A stretch of DNA of 64,000 bases from Sulfuriferula sp. Lineage in GTDB: Bacteria > Pseudomonadota > Gammaproteobacteria > Burkholderiales > Sulfuriferulaceae. The DNA is taken from NCBI GenBank assembly GCA_013140765.1, contig JABFSE010000016.1:320-64319 (forward strand), given 5' to 3'. Shown piece after piece: positions 18,659 through 28,626 of this stretch (the first letter of the stretch is position 1; the number at the start of each line of letters is the position of its first letter). Under the pieces are notes generated by a model. The model had not been told where the DNA came from, did not search any database, and saw only the letters and a list, made by a program, of their open reading frames with translations. A program made the position numbers and the translations under genes.

Positions 18659-19900
18659 ATGAGCTACCAACATATACACCTGCCGACTACTGGCGAAAAA
18701 ATCACTGTTAATGCGGATGGCACACTCAACGTGCCTGACCAGCCCATTATCCCATTTGTTGAAGGCGATGGCACAGGTGCTGATATTACACCCGTCATGT
18801 GCAAAGTAGTTGATGCCGCTATCAACAAAGCCTATCAAGGCAAACGCAAAATCGCCTGGATGGAAATTTATGCAGGCGAAAAAGCGACTAAAGTCTATGG
18901 CAACGACAGCTGGCTACCTGAGGAAACCTTAACCGCCATGCGTGACTATGTGGTGTCTATTAAAGGACCACTCACCACCCCCACATCAGGCGGCATACGC
19001 TCACTCAACGTTGCCATGCGTCAAAATCTGGACTTGTATATTTGCTTGCGCCCAGTACGTTATTTTGCAGGCGTGCCTAGCCCAGTCAAAACGCCAGAAA
19101 AAGTGGATATGGTGATATTCCGTGAAAACACTGAAGACATCTACGCGGGCATAGAATGGCCAGCTGGCTCACCTGAAGCCCAAAAAGTGATTAAATTTTT
19201 GCAAGAAGAAATGGGCGTTACCAAAATCCGTTTCCCTGACACCTCCGCGATTGGTATCAAACCCGTTTCCATCGAAGGTAGCGAACGCTTAATCCGCAAA
19301 GCCATACAATACGCGATAGACCACAACCGTCGCTCAGTTACACTAGTGCACAAAGGCAATATCATGAAATTCACCGAAGGTGGTTTCAAAAAATGGGGCT
19401 ATGAATTAGCGCAACGCGAATTCGGCGCAGTAGAAATAGACGGCGGCCCTTGGTGTAAGCTTCCTAACGGCATCGTCATCAAAGACGTGATTGCAGATGC
19501 TTTTTTACAACAAATTCTATTAAAGCCTGCTGATTACGATGTCGTCGCTACGCTGAACTTGAATGGCGATTACATTTCTGACGCGCTCGCGGCAGAAGTC
19601 GGCGGCATTGGTATTGCACCAGGTGCTAATTTATCCGACAGCGTTGCTATTTTTGAAGCCACGCATGGCACAGGTCCCGATATTGCAGGCAAAGACCTTG
19701 CCAACCCATTAGCGGCTATTTTATCGGCCGACATGATGTTACGTCACATAGGCTGGGACGAAGCGGCAGATTTAATCGTGGCAGCCATGCAAACAGCCAT
19801 TACCAATAAAACCGTGACCGCTGATTTCGTGCGCTTGATGGAAGGTGCGACCGCATTGTCCTGCTCGGCATTTGGCGACAAAATGATAGAGAATATGTAA
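18659..19900 (+). CDS. icd: Dimeric (E. coli-type) isocitrate dehydrogenase, predicted NAD+-preferring
   Basis: [44 protein letters not shown]. Cofactor loop reads HGTGPDIAG. Confidence 0.97.
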   Translation: MSYQHIHLPTTGEKITVNADGTLNVPDQPIIPFVEGDGTGADITPVMCKVVDAAINKAYQGKRKIAWMEIYAGEKATKVYGNDSWLPEETLTAMRDYVVSIKGPLTTPTSGGIRSLNVAMRQNLDLYICLRPVRYFAGVPSPVKTPEKVDMVIFRENTEDIYAGIEWPAGSPEAQKVIKFLQEEMGVTKIRFPDTSAIGIKPVSIEGSERLIRKAIQYAIDHNRRSVTLVHKGNIMKFTEGGFKKWGYELAQREFGAVEIDGGPWCKLPNGIVIKDVIADAFLQQILLKPADYDVVATLNLNGDYISDALAAEVGGIGIAPGANLSDSVAIFEATHGTGPDIAGKDLANPLAAILSADMMLRHIGWDEAADLIVAAMQTAITNKTVTADFVRLMEGATALSCSAFGDKMIENM

Positions 19901-19905
19901 TTTTG

Positions 19906-19941
19906 TGTTGCCCTAGCTAATATCAGATTACTAGGGCGACA
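19906..19941. terminator. Hairpin between convergent icd and the CarH-like gene
   Basis: TGTTGCCCTAG...CTAGGGCGACA stem. Confidence 0.6.
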
Positions 19942-19946
19942 TCACC

Positions 19947-20825
19947 TCATTTATCTCTCCACGCTTCAAGCGTAATAGCCAACTCAGTAAACGCACGAAT
20001 AGCTTTAATGCCTACGGGTAACTTAGTACGCGGCACACCCTGCCCTCCTACCCAAATATGAACAGACTCTGGCAATAGGTTGCGTAACTCAGTTAAGCTC
20101 TGTAAGAGCTGATTTTTAGGATAAGCCGCACTACACGATAAACATAAAATATCTGCCTGATGCGCCCTTACCGCAGCGTTGATTTCAACAACAGGGGTTT
20201 GTGCGCCTAAATTCACACAGCTCACCTGATTCAGTGCCAACAATGCCTCGCACATCAACCCGCCTAATGTATGCTCTTCACCAGGCAACGTCGTCAACAA
20301 CACGCTAGGTGCAACTACTTCAAAACCCATCTGACTAATCGCCGATCTTAGCAACGATATAACTTGCTCAGAATAAGCATGCTCCTCAAAAATAGCCAAA
20401 CGACCACGCATCCAAGCATCACCTATCTGCGTATTCATATTAGCAAGACTTTCTGTCACGAAACGCGCCAAACCCTGTTCGATAAGTAAGTTATTAAGGT
20501 AACGATGCAGATCAGCAGTGTGATGCTTTTTCAAAATAGCGATAATTTCAGCATCATTTTCAATACTGACATCTTGGACATTTAGCATCAATGATAAAGC
20601 ACTCATATCCAACGCCATCAACTTACCAGGTCTATGTCCTTGATTCATTAGCCGCTGTACCAGACGTAGCTTCTCCAACTCCATTTGTGAATATAAACGC
20701 TCGCCATGCACATCACGTATGGGTGTTGGAAAGCCGTAGCGACGCTCCCACACGCGCAAAGTGTCCTTACCAACACCCGTATCACGCTCAACGGCGGCTA
20801 TATTAAAGTATGTGTTTTTTTCCAT
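19947..20825 (-). CDS. MerR-HTH plus cobalamin-binding regulator (CarH/LitR-type photoreceptor)
   Basis: LRVWERRYG HTH, W-x9-EH (WMRGRLAIFEEH), E-x-H-x2-G (EEHTLG), LSCS and VGG of the B12 Rossmann domain. Confidence 0.9.
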   Translation of the reverse strand: MEKNTYFNIAAVERDTGVGKDTLRVWERRYGFPTPIRDVHGERLYSQMELEKLRLVQRLMNQGHRPGKLMALDMSALSLMLNVQDVSIENDAEIIAILKKHHTADLHRYLNNLLIEQGLARFVTESLANMNTQIGDAWMRGRLAIFEEHAYSEQVISLLRSAISQMGFEVVAPSVLLTTLPGEEHTLGGLMCEALLALNQVSCVNLGAQTPVVEINAAVRAHQADILCLSCSAAYPKNQLLQSLTELRNLLPESVHIWVGGQGVPRTKLPVGIKAIRAFTELAITLEAWRDK

Positions 20826-20844
20826 TTTATAAAAATACTTTTAT

Positions 20845-20860
20845 TTTTGTCCTAGACAAA
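20845..20860. promoter_or_regulatory. Palindromic operator candidate, site 1
   Basis: TTTTGTCCTAGACAAA, identical to 28627-28642. Confidence 0.75.
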
Positions 20861-20862
20861 TG

Positions 20863-20891
20863 TTGACACCCGTTAATAATTAACCTATTTT
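20863..20891 (+). promoter_or_regulatory. Candidate sigma70 promoter for the gpx-led operon
   Basis: TTGACA (20863-68)-17 nt-TATTTT (20886-91). The -10 is weak. Confidence 0.5.
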
Positions 20892-20908
20892 TAACACATA
20901 CACATCAC

Positions 20909-20923
20909 TTTGACCAAGACAAA
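20909..20923. promoter_or_regulatory. Operator variant, site 2
   Basis: TTTGACCAAGACAAA, 13/15 match to the palindrome core, 2 nt before the gpx ATG. Confidence 0.55.
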
Positions 20924-20925
20924 TC

Positions 20926-21480
20926 ATGAATAGAACCCTAATTGTCGCAACACTCATCAGCGCACTCTACGCACTCCCCAGCATTGCCGCGCCCACTTGC
21001 CCAAAAATTCTCGATTACCGAGTGAATACATTGCAAGAACAAGCTATTGATTTATGTAGCTACGCTGGCAAAGTAGTCGTCGTGGTCAACACAGCCAGCT
21101 ATTGCGGCAATACCCACCAATATGCAGGCTTAGAAGCCTTATATCGCAAAGAAAAAGCGAACGGACTTGTTATTTTAGGATTTCCATCTAACGATTTTGG
21201 TGGGCAAGAGCCGGGCAGTAACAAAGAAATAGCCAAATTTTGCCGCCTGACTTATAGCGTAGCGTTTCCTATGTTTGAAAAATCAGGCGTAACCGCAAAT
21301 AACGCCAATCCGCTATTTAAGCAACTCATTACTATTACGGGACACGCGCCACGATGGAATTTCCACAAATACTTGATTAACCGCAATGGTAATACCGTAA
21401 TTTCATTTGAAAATACGGTTGAACCTAGCGATCCAGAATTTATTAAACAAATCCAAACGATGCTCGCGCAAAAACCATGA
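20926..21480 (+). CDS. Glutathione peroxidase-family protein with signal peptide
   Basis: VVNTASYCG, LGFPSNDFGGQEPG, WNFHKYLI. Confidence 0.93.
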   Translation: MNRTLIVATLISALYALPSIAAPTCPKILDYRVNTLQEQAIDLCSYAGKVVVVVNTASYCGNTHQYAGLEALYRKEKANGLVILGFPSNDFGGQEPGSNKEIAKFCRLTYSVAFPMFEKSGVTANNANPLFKQLITITGHAPRWNFHKYLINRNGNTVISFENTVEPSDPEFIKQIQTMLAQKP

Positions 21481-22739
21481 GATCGATTGCGGTCATAGGC
21501 TCAGGAATTTCAGGGTTATCTGCCGCTTGGCTATTAACGCAGAAATATCATGTGACACTGTATGAAGCAGAAAATCGCCTAGGCGGCCATAGCCATAGCG
21601 TTGATGTATGTTTAGAGGGCAAAACAGCCGCTGTCGATACAGGATTTCTAGTTTGCAACGATCGCACTTATCCTAACTTACTCAACCTATTTGCATTATT
21701 AGGCGTTCCGCTCACCGCCAGTGACATGTCGTTTAGTGTGCAAGTAAGAGACGATAGATTAGCATGGGCTGGCACATCAATCGCCACCTTGTTTGCTGAC
21801 AAACGAAATTTATTACGTCCTGCTTTTTGGCGCATGATTAACGACATTTTGCGTTTCAACCGTCATGCAAGAGCCATCTTAAACCACCCGAATAACGCCG
21901 ACAGCCTAGCCGATTTCCTACACAAAAATCATTATAGCTCAGCGTTTAGCAACTGGTATTTGCTACCCATGGCAGCGGCTATTTGGTCGTGCCCAACACA
22001 ACAAATGCTTAGTTTTCCTGCACTTTCGTTCATTCATTTTTTAGAACAACATGGCTTACTACAAATAACTAATCGTCCACAATGGCTAACTGTCACAGGT
22101 GGCTCACGTCACTATGTACAACGCATTGCCGACACTATTACACATATTTATTTGTCTGAACCTGTACAGCAAATTGAGCGCACGGATAAGGGTGTCAAAA
22201 TCACTAGCCCAATGGGGGTTCGTAATTATGACGAAGTCGTCTTAGCAACACATAGCAACCAAAGTATGGCGATGCTCTGCGACATCAGCGCAGCAGAGTC
22301 ACGCATCCTAAGCGCGATTAAATATCAGCCTAATCATGCAGTCTTGCACACCGACAGCACTATCCTCCCTGCGCAAAAAATGTGGTCAGCATGGAATTTC
22401 CATACTGCTAACGCGTCTCCTGGTGCAACCCCAGTGAGCGTCACCTACTTAATTAACCAACTACAACCACTACCTTTTGACACCCCTGTGATGGTAACGC
22501 TCAACCCTGACACACCGATTGCCGCTGACAAAATCATCCGTAGTTTTGATTATAGCCATCCTATATTTGACCAACATGCTATCGCCGCACAACATCAACT
22601 TGCGCAAATCCAAGGACAACGACACACTTGGTTTTGTGGCGCATGGACAGGTTACGGCTTTCATGAAGACGGCTTAAAATCAGGTATGGCGGTTGCGCAA
22701 GGCTTAGGTGTGTCTATTCCTTGGTTAACGCAACTATGA
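21477..22739 (+). CDS. FAD-dependent amine-oxidase-like oxidoreductase (UfaD-like fatty acid desaturase family)
   Basis: IGSGISGL, EAENRLGGHS, VDTGFLVCNDRTYPNL, WFCGAWTGYGFHEDGLKSG. Confidence 0.85.
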   Translation: MRSIAVIGSGISGLSAAWLLTQKYHVTLYEAENRLGGHSHSVDVCLEGKTAAVDTGFLVCNDRTYPNLLNLFALLGVPLTASDMSFSVQVRDDRLAWAGTSIATLFADKRNLLRPAFWRMINDILRFNRHARAILNHPNNADSLADFLHKNHYSSAFSNWYLLPMAAAIWSCPTQQMLSFPALSFIHFLEQHGLLQITNRPQWLTVTGGSRHYVQRIADTITHIYLSEPVQQIERTDKGVKITSPMGVRNYDEVVLATHSNQSMAMLCDISAAESRILSAIKYQPNHAVLHTDSTILPAQKMWSAWNFHTANASPGATPVSVTYLINQLQPLPFDTPVMVTLNPDTPIAADKIIRSFDYSHPIFDQHAIAAQHQLAQIQGQRHTWFCGAWTGYGFHEDGLKSGMAVAQGLGVSIPWLTQL

Positions 22740-23494
22740 AACCAGAAATCTGCATCGGTCATATCATGCACCGCAGGCATTTACCTGTGGTGCATCAATT
22801 CACTTATCCAACTTATTTTTTGCGCTTCGCTATTGATGATATTAGCCAACTAAAAAACCGCTGGCTATCAATAGATAGTTGGAATTTATTCAGCTTTTAT
22901 CACCGCGATCATGGTGCACGTGATGGTAGCAACCTTGCTATTTGGATACGTCAATTACTCAATGAAAATCACATCCAAAAAGCGAACGGCAAGATTATTC
23001 TACATACCTACCCTCGCATTTTAGGCTATGTATTCAATCCCGTTAGCTTTTGGTTTTGTCATGATACCGAGGGTAATGTGCGTGCAATTTTATGCGAAGT
23101 GAACAACACTTTTAACGAACATCATAGCTACTTGTTAGCGCATGAAGATGAACGTCCGATTGCTGAAAGCGACTGGTTGGCGTGCCGCAAACAATTTCAC
23201 GTATCACCCTTTTTTGCAGTTGATGGTAGCTATCAGTTTCGCTTTCGCTGGACAGGCAATCATTGTCAATTCCAAATCGATCATCACCAACACAGCAATA
23301 AACTCTTAAGCACCACGCTCTCAGGCAACAAGCAGGTATTGACAGCAAAAATACTGATGAAATTATTTTTTACACACGCCTGGATGACATTTGCCGTCAT
23401 TGCCCGCATACATTTACAAGCCTGGCAGATATGGCGCAAAGGGGTGAAATTTCATACCAAACCCACCCCACCAGATAAGGAAATAAGCCGATGA
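22736..23494 (+). CDS. DUF1365 family protein (UfaO-like)
   Basis: GHIMHRR...HQFTY, PRILGYVFNPVSFWFC, EVNNTF, KQFHVSPF, IHLQAWQIWRKG. ATG overlaps the upstream stop. Confidence 0.88.
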   Translation: MKPEICIGHIMHRRHLPVVHQFTYPTYFLRFAIDDISQLKNRWLSIDSWNLFSFYHRDHGARDGSNLAIWIRQLLNENHIQKANGKIILHTYPRILGYVFNPVSFWFCHDTEGNVRAILCEVNNTFNEHHSYLLAHEDERPIAESDWLACRKQFHVSPFFAVDGSYQFRFRWTGNHCQFQIDHHQHSNKLLSTTLSGNKQVLTAKILMKLFFTHAWMTFAVIARIHLQAWQIWRKGVKFHTKPTPPDKEISR

Positions 23495-24714
23495 GCTGCC
23501 CCACAGTGAGCAACACACCTGTAGCATTAAACACACTACCTCGACCTGCACGCATCTTCATAAAACTCTTAGCAGGTATTAAAACAGGGCATCTGACGTT
23601 ACATATGCCAGATGGCAAGCATATTGCATTTGGTGATACTCAAGATCCGCTGCACGCCAATCTGCATCTCAATGACTGGGGCGTGTGCCAAGACATACTT
23701 ACCAGTAGCGATATTGGCTTGGGCGAAAGCTACATTGCTGGACGCTGGTTTAGCAACGACATCCCCGCACTCATTAGCATTGCCATTTACAATAGGAATA
23801 GCTTGGCGCGCGTCATGCGCGGGAATTTATTGAGCCTATTGATTTACCAAATCAAACACAAACTACGCGCCAACACCAAAACGGGAAGTCGTAAAAACAT
23901 ACTCGCGCACTACGATGTAGGTAATGATTTTTATCGACTGTGGCTGGATCGCAGCATGACCTATTCATCCGCCTTATTTGCAGGCGACCGCAAACTTAGC
24001 TTAATTGACGCACAACAAGCAAAATATCAACGAATACTGACACAACTCGATTGCAAACCGTTTCAGTCAGTTCTGGAAATTGGTTGTGGCTGGGGTGGTT
24101 TTGCCGAAATAGCCGCAAATAACCATATTGTTGTGCATGGTGTCACGCTCTCACCCAGTCAACTAGCCTACGCCCAAAGCCGCACGGCACATTACCACGA
24201 GGCGGTTCGTCCCAAACTTAGTTTAACGGATTACCGTGATATACACGGGCAGTTTGATCATATTGTCTCCATAGAAATGTTTGAAGCCGTGGGGGAGCGT
24301 TATTGGTCAGATTACTTTAAGGCCATCAAACGCTTACTCCGACCTCAAGGTAGCGCAGTCGTGCAAACGATTACCATAGCAGATACGCTTTTTAGTCGCT
24401 ATCGACGTAGCACCGACTTTATTCAACAATATGTTTTCCCTGGCGGAATGCTTCCCTCCCTGTCTGTTTTCAAAACCAAGGCCGCTCAGGCTGGACTAAA
24501 AGTCATTGACGCCTATTCATTTGGACTCGACTACGCCGAAACGCTTAAACGCTGGCGAATCGAGTTCCATCAAACCTGGGAACAAGCGCAACGCCAAGGA
24601 TTTGATCAACGTTTTTATCGGCTATGGGATTTTTATCTAGCCTACTGCGAAGCGGGTTTTACGGCGGGTGCAACTAGCGTTTACCAAATAAAACTTATTC
24701 ATGCCGAAAAATAA
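23491..24714 (+). CDS. cfa: Cyclopropane-fatty-acyl-phospholipid synthase family SAM methyltransferase (UfaM-like)
   Basis: NILAHYDVGNDFY, MTYSSA, LEIGCGWGG, SIEMFEAVG, FIQQYVFPGG, WDFYLAYCEAGF. Confidence 0.88.
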   Translation: MSCPTVSNTPVALNTLPRPARIFIKLLAGIKTGHLTLHMPDGKHIAFGDTQDPLHANLHLNDWGVCQDILTSSDIGLGESYIAGRWFSNDIPALISIAIYNRNSLARVMRGNLLSLLIYQIKHKLRANTKTGSRKNILAHYDVGNDFYRLWLDRSMTYSSALFAGDRKLSLIDAQQAKYQRILTQLDCKPFQSVLEIGCGWGGFAEIAANNHIVVHGVTLSPSQLAYAQSRTAHYHEAVRPKLSLTDYRDIHGQFDHIVSIEMFEAVGERYWSDYFKAIKRLLRPQGSAVVQTITIADTLFSRYRRSTDFIQQYVFPGGMLPSLSVFKTKAAQAGLKVIDAYSFGLDYAETLKRWRIEFHQTWEQAQRQGFDQRFYRLWDFYLAYCEAGFTAGATSVYQIKLIHAEK

Positions 24715-24716
24715 TC

Positions 24717-25265
24717 ATGCCGAAAATCCTCCATTACGCCAACAACCTATTGATGATTGGTATTATTATGTTGCTACCTAGCTGCTCTAACACACCAGTC
24801 TCCGCATATCAAAATGAAACGCCCACCTTAGACTTGGCGCAATACTTTAATGGCAAAGTAGATGCTTGGGGCATGTTTCAAGACCGTTCCGGCAAAGTAA
24901 TCAAGCGTTTCCATGTTGTCATTGATGCGCACTGGCAAGGTAATGTGGGCACATTGGACGAACACTTCACCTGGTCAGACAACACCACCAGCCAACGTAT
25001 TTGGACTATCACTAAACTAGATAAACACCACTACCAAGGCACAGCCGCCGATGTAGTCGGAAACGCGCAAGGCGAGGCTTACGGTAACGCACTCCAATGG
25101 CGATATGTGCTACAGCTGCCTGTCGATGATAAAATTTACAACGTAAGCATTGACGACTGGATGTATCAGCTAGATGATTTATCGCTCATGAATCGCTCCA
25201 AAATGAGCAAATTTGGCTTTCATCTGGGCGACATCACGCTCTACTTCAAGAAACGTCCATCATGA
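24717..25265 (+). CDS. DUF3833 family lipoprotein
   Basis: Lipobox-like LLPSC, LDLAQYFNGKVDAWGMFQDRSG, AYGNALQW, DDWMY, KFGF. Confidence 0.82.
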   Translation: MPKILHYANNLLMIGIIMLLPSCSNTPVSAYQNETPTLDLAQYFNGKVDAWGMFQDRSGKVIKRFHVVIDAHWQGNVGTLDEHFTWSDNTTSQRIWTITKLDKHHYQGTAADVVGNAQGEAYGNALQWRYVLQLPVDDKIYNVSIDDWMYQLDDLSLMNRSKMSKFGFHLGDITLYFKKRPS

Positions 25266-26014
25266 GTTTGAACGCAAAAATAACCGACTGGCATGGTAAA
25301 GTCATCTGGATAACGGGCGCATCCACAGGTATAGGTGCGGCATTGGCGCGACAATTATTAAACATAGGTGCTATCGTAATTACCAGCTCACGCACAGCAA
25401 TAACGTTAACTCACGCGAATACTTACCACGTCACCTGCGACACAACTGAACTTGCCAGCCTCGCTCTCGCCACGCAAAAAATAAAATCTCAATTTGGTAC
25501 ACTTGATTTAATTATCGCCAATGCAGGCAATCATGCACCTATGCGTGCAGACGCCATTGATGCTAAATTAGCAGCCCAACTCGTTGACACTAATCTAACA
25601 GGAACAATCAACACCGTAGCCTGCGGATTAACACTATTAAAACCGACAGGCGGTATTGCTATCGTCGCCAGCGTCGCGGGCTATCGCGGACTACCGACAG
25701 GCTTAATTTACGGCGCAACCAAAGCCGCCTTAATTAACTTCACTGAAACGCTGTATTTAGATTTAGCCCCTAAAGGGCATCAAGTCTATTTAATTAACCC
25801 TGGCTTTGTCAAAACGCCGCTCACCGACAAAAATCCCTTTACCATGCCCGCACTGATTAGCCCAGACGAAGCAGCAAAAGCGATTATATTGGGAATGACG
25901 AAAGGTCAGTTTGAAATTCATTTTCCAAAACGCTTTACATGGTTTATGCAAGCACTACGCCATCTACCCTATAGTTGGTATTTCTGGTTAATTCACAAAG
26001 GAACAGGATTATGA
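25262..26014 (+). CDS. Short-chain dehydrogenase/reductase
   Basis: TGASTGIG, NAG, YGATK (YxxxK), PGFVKT. Confidence 0.9.
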   Translation: MSLNAKITDWHGKVIWITGASTGIGAALARQLLNIGAIVITSSRTAITLTHANTYHVTCDTTELASLALATQKIKSQFGTLDLIIANAGNHAPMRADAIDAKLAAQLVDTNLTGTINTVACGLTLLKPTGGIAIVASVAGYRGLPTGLIYGATKAALINFTETLYLDLAPKGHQVYLINPGFVKTPLTDKNPFTMPALISPDEAAKAIILGMTKGQFEIHFPKRFTWFMQALRHLPYSWYFWLIHKGTGL

Positions 26015-26439
26015 ATACCGAAACAATAAACAACTTGATTCATTACTATGAAAACCTTACCCCAGCCGAGGTAGAGAACATGGGCACTTATTACAGCGAC
26101 CTAAGCTATTTCCGCGACCCGTTTAATGAAGTGCACACACTCGCCGCCATACAAGCCATTTTTCGCAAAATGTATCAACAAGTTGACCAGCCCACATTCC
26201 ACATTCAGGATAAATACATGAGCGAACAGGCACTGATATTAACGTGGGACTTTTCTTTTAACTTAAAAATCCCAAGTCGCCCGAATAAACATATACACGG
26301 CTTGAGTCTATTGCGATTTGACGAATCAGGCAAAATAAACTATCACCGTGATTACTGGGATGCAGCCCAAGAACTCTATGAGCAACTACCTGGTATAGGC
26401 GGCATTTTCAGTCTAATGCGTAAAATCATCGCGCATTAA
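26011..26439 (+). CDS. NTF2/SnoaL-like protein
   Basis: YSDLSYFRDPFNEV...HRDYWD. ATG 26011 overlaps the SDR stop; AGGA RBS. Confidence 0.82.
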   Translation: MNTETINNLIHYYENLTPAEVENMGTYYSDLSYFRDPFNEVHTLAAIQAIFRKMYQQVDQPTFHIQDKYMSEQALILTWDFSFNLKIPSRPNKHIHGLSLLRFDESGKINYHRDYWDAAQELYEQLPGIGGIFSLMRKIIAH

Positions 26440-26454
26440 ACTGAGAACCGATAT

Positions 26455-26922
26455 TTAAGTTGCCTTAAACCAACTCAACAATGATTTTTGTGGCTTGTCA
26501 ACTGTAGCGGCATGTTGGATAACTTGCGCAATCTCTTGCACAAAAGCCTCAGCTTGGCTGGGTGTATAGTCATACGGCTGAAATAAACCCATTTCACTGT
26601 ACTTCGACACCAGTTCATTATTTACACCGCTAAACTTCACCTGCTCCATCGACCACGCGGGAAAAGCCCGTGCTGTTATTTCATTATAAGATGCCATCAT
26701 GCAACGACTATGGCGCTTATCCGCGAGTATCCGTAGGTAAGTTTTATTAACGGCTTTGCGTTCGCCTTCTAGGCATTGGAAAAAATGTCGATCCGAATAA
26801 ATCAACACCCCCGTTACATGTTGCGCATGATTATTAACTTTTGACGTTGCCAAAATTTGGAAAATATCGTCGTCACTTAAATCTAAATTGCTGTAACTCA
26901 CATAACTTAATCTCACTAACAT
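26455..26922 (-). CDS. Stand-alone BLUF blue-light photoreceptor
   Basis: RLSYVS (Tyr), NN, VTGVLIY, FFQCLEG (Gln), DKRH, FPAWSM (Trp/Met). ATG 26922 after AAGGA. Confidence 0.92.
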   Translation of the reverse strand: MLVRLSYVSYSNLDLSDDDIFQILATSKVNNHAQHVTGVLIYSDRHFFQCLEGERKAVNKTYLRILADKRHSRCMMASYNEITARAFPAWSMEQVKFSGVNNELVSKYSEMGLFQPYDYTPSQAEAFVQEIAQVIQHAATVDKPQKSLLSWFKAT

Positions 26923-26941
26923 TTCATTTCCTTTACAAACA

Positions 26942-28471
26942 TTACAAAAAACCAATCTTTTCACGCAGCGTTTGCGCACCATCGGTAATACGTTGTTTTT
27001 CTACCTCCGTCATTTTTTTAATGTGTTGGTAAACCATGCCTACTCGTGGGTTATGCGCAAGTAGCGTGCTATGTCTGATATGGAAATCCCAATATAACGC
27101 ATTGTATGGGCACGCCTTATCACCATGCCGTTGTGCTTTATCATAATGACAGCGACCGCAATAATCACTCATACGATGGATATACGCCGCACTCGATATA
27201 TAGGGTTTAGTCGCCAATAAGCCACCATCGGCGAACTGACTCATACCCAATGTATTTGGCAACTCTACCCATTCAAACGCATCTACATACACACCCAAAT
27301 ACCATTGATGTACTGCGACGGGTGATAAGCCACTCAATAGCGCAAAATTACCAATGACCATGAGCCGCTGTATATGGTGTGCATGGGCGTTCTGCAAACT
27401 GTCAGTCAAGGCATGATGCAGGCAAGCCATCTTCGTTTTGCCATCCCAAAACCAAGCAGGCAAATCAGCATGATGCTGAAAAAAATTGTGTTCGACATAC
27501 TGTGGCATTTTTGCCCAGTAAACACCACGCACATACTCACGCCATCCCAAAATTTGTCGAATATAGCCTTCCGCACTCGCAATACTCACCACACCTGCGC
27601 TATAGGCTAGGGCTACGCGCTCAACAACTTCTTGGGGCGTAATCATTTTTACATTAAGCGCAAAAGACAGTAACGAATGAAACAAACGTGCATGATTTTG
27701 GCTCATCGCATCCTGAAAATCTCCAAAATACGGCAAGCTATATTTAGTAAAATTATCTAACTGCACCAAGGCTTCTGCACGATTAACAGGCCAACGAAAA
27801 GCCGTCGCCTGCGGCTCACCAAACGAGCGCACCCCCGCGACAGTAATGGTGTGCCATAAAGCATCGTGATTGTGTATTGGTCGTCTGTCTAATGGCTCAA
27901 CTGGCGAGCCTGACCAGGCTTTTCGATTCGCCTTGTCATGGCTCCACATACCACCTATAGGCTTGTTTTCCTCGTCAAGCAACACACCATGAATACGCCG
28001 CATATGTTGATAAAAATCCGCCATCAACCATTTTTTGCGTTGCTTAAAAAACTGACCAACTTCATCACGCTGCGTATAAAAATGTGCGCTATCAACTTGC
28101 ACTACCTCACAACCAATTTGCTCACCTGCCCGCGCCATTTGTTCATCTAGCCGCCACTCGTCAGGTGATTGGTAGAGCAACAATTGCGCATCATGCGCTT
28201 GCACTAACATAGCTAAATTGCTGATTAGATTTTGCTGATTACGCACATCGTCAATTGCTAAATAATCAACCTCATGACCAGCCATGCGCAACTGATGAGC
28301 AAAATCACGCATCGCTGCAAAAATAGCAATAATTTTTTGCGCATGATGCAAAACATAATCCGTCTCTTGGCGCATCTCCATCATGACATATCTAATTGAC
28401 GGCGATTTCTCGTTAAACCAAGGATGTAGCGGATACAGCTGATCTCCCAGAATTAAGCGCAGTGTCGTCAT
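26942..28471 (-). CDS. Fe-S bacterial cryptochrome / (6-4) photolyase family (PhrB/CryB type)
   Basis: [32 protein letters not shown] and four Cys (MAC, YCGRC, ACP) fitting a 4Fe-4S cluster. Confidence 0.9.
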   Translation of the reverse strand: MTTLRLILGDQLYPLHPWFNEKSPSIRYVMMEMRQETDYVLHHAQKIIAIFAAMRDFAHQLRMAGHEVDYLAIDDVRNQQNLISNLAMLVQAHDAQLLLYQSPDEWRLDEQMARAGEQIGCEVVQVDSAHFYTQRDEVGQFFKQRKKWLMADFYQHMRRIHGVLLDEENKPIGGMWSHDKANRKAWSGSPVEPLDRRPIHNHDALWHTITVAGVRSFGEPQATAFRWPVNRAEALVQLDNFTKYSLPYFGDFQDAMSQNHARLFHSLLSFALNVKMITPQEVVERVALAYSAGVVSIASAEGYIRQILGWREYVRGVYWAKMPQYVEHNFFQHHADLPAWFWDGKTKMACLHHALTDSLQNAHAHHIQRLMVIGNFALLSGLSPVAVHQWYLGVYVDAFEWVELPNTLGMSQFADGGLLATKPYISSAAYIHRMSDYCGRCHYDKAQRHGDKACPYNALYWDFHIRHSTLLAHNPRVGMVYQHIKKMTEVEKQRITDGAQTLREKIGFL

Positions 28472-28614
28472 ATTGTTTGGCGAGGCTTAGCATGGCGGCA
28501 GCGTGTTGAACAGTACTTCACCTCGTCCCACGCGCGCGCCCACTTTTTACGCCAGGTAAAAGGCAATCCGCAACTAAGGCAGGTTTTTGTTGGTAGCGGT
28601 CGTGATTTTGTCAT
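28468..28614 (-). CDS. DUF2256 family small Cys-rich protein, 48 aa (absent from ORF track)
   Basis: Manual translation [48 protein letters not shown]. Its stop overlaps the photolyase ATG. Confidence 0.9.
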   Translation of the reverse strand: MTKSRPLPTKTCLSCGLPFTWRKKWARAWDEVKYCSTRCRHAKPRQTI

Positions 28615-28626
28615 TTAACCATGCAA

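Noticed and set aside
20853-20880. Canonical CarH 11-bp direct-repeat operator
   Set aside because: TAGACA and TTGACA are 10 bp apart, not 11, and there is no convincing third repeat.
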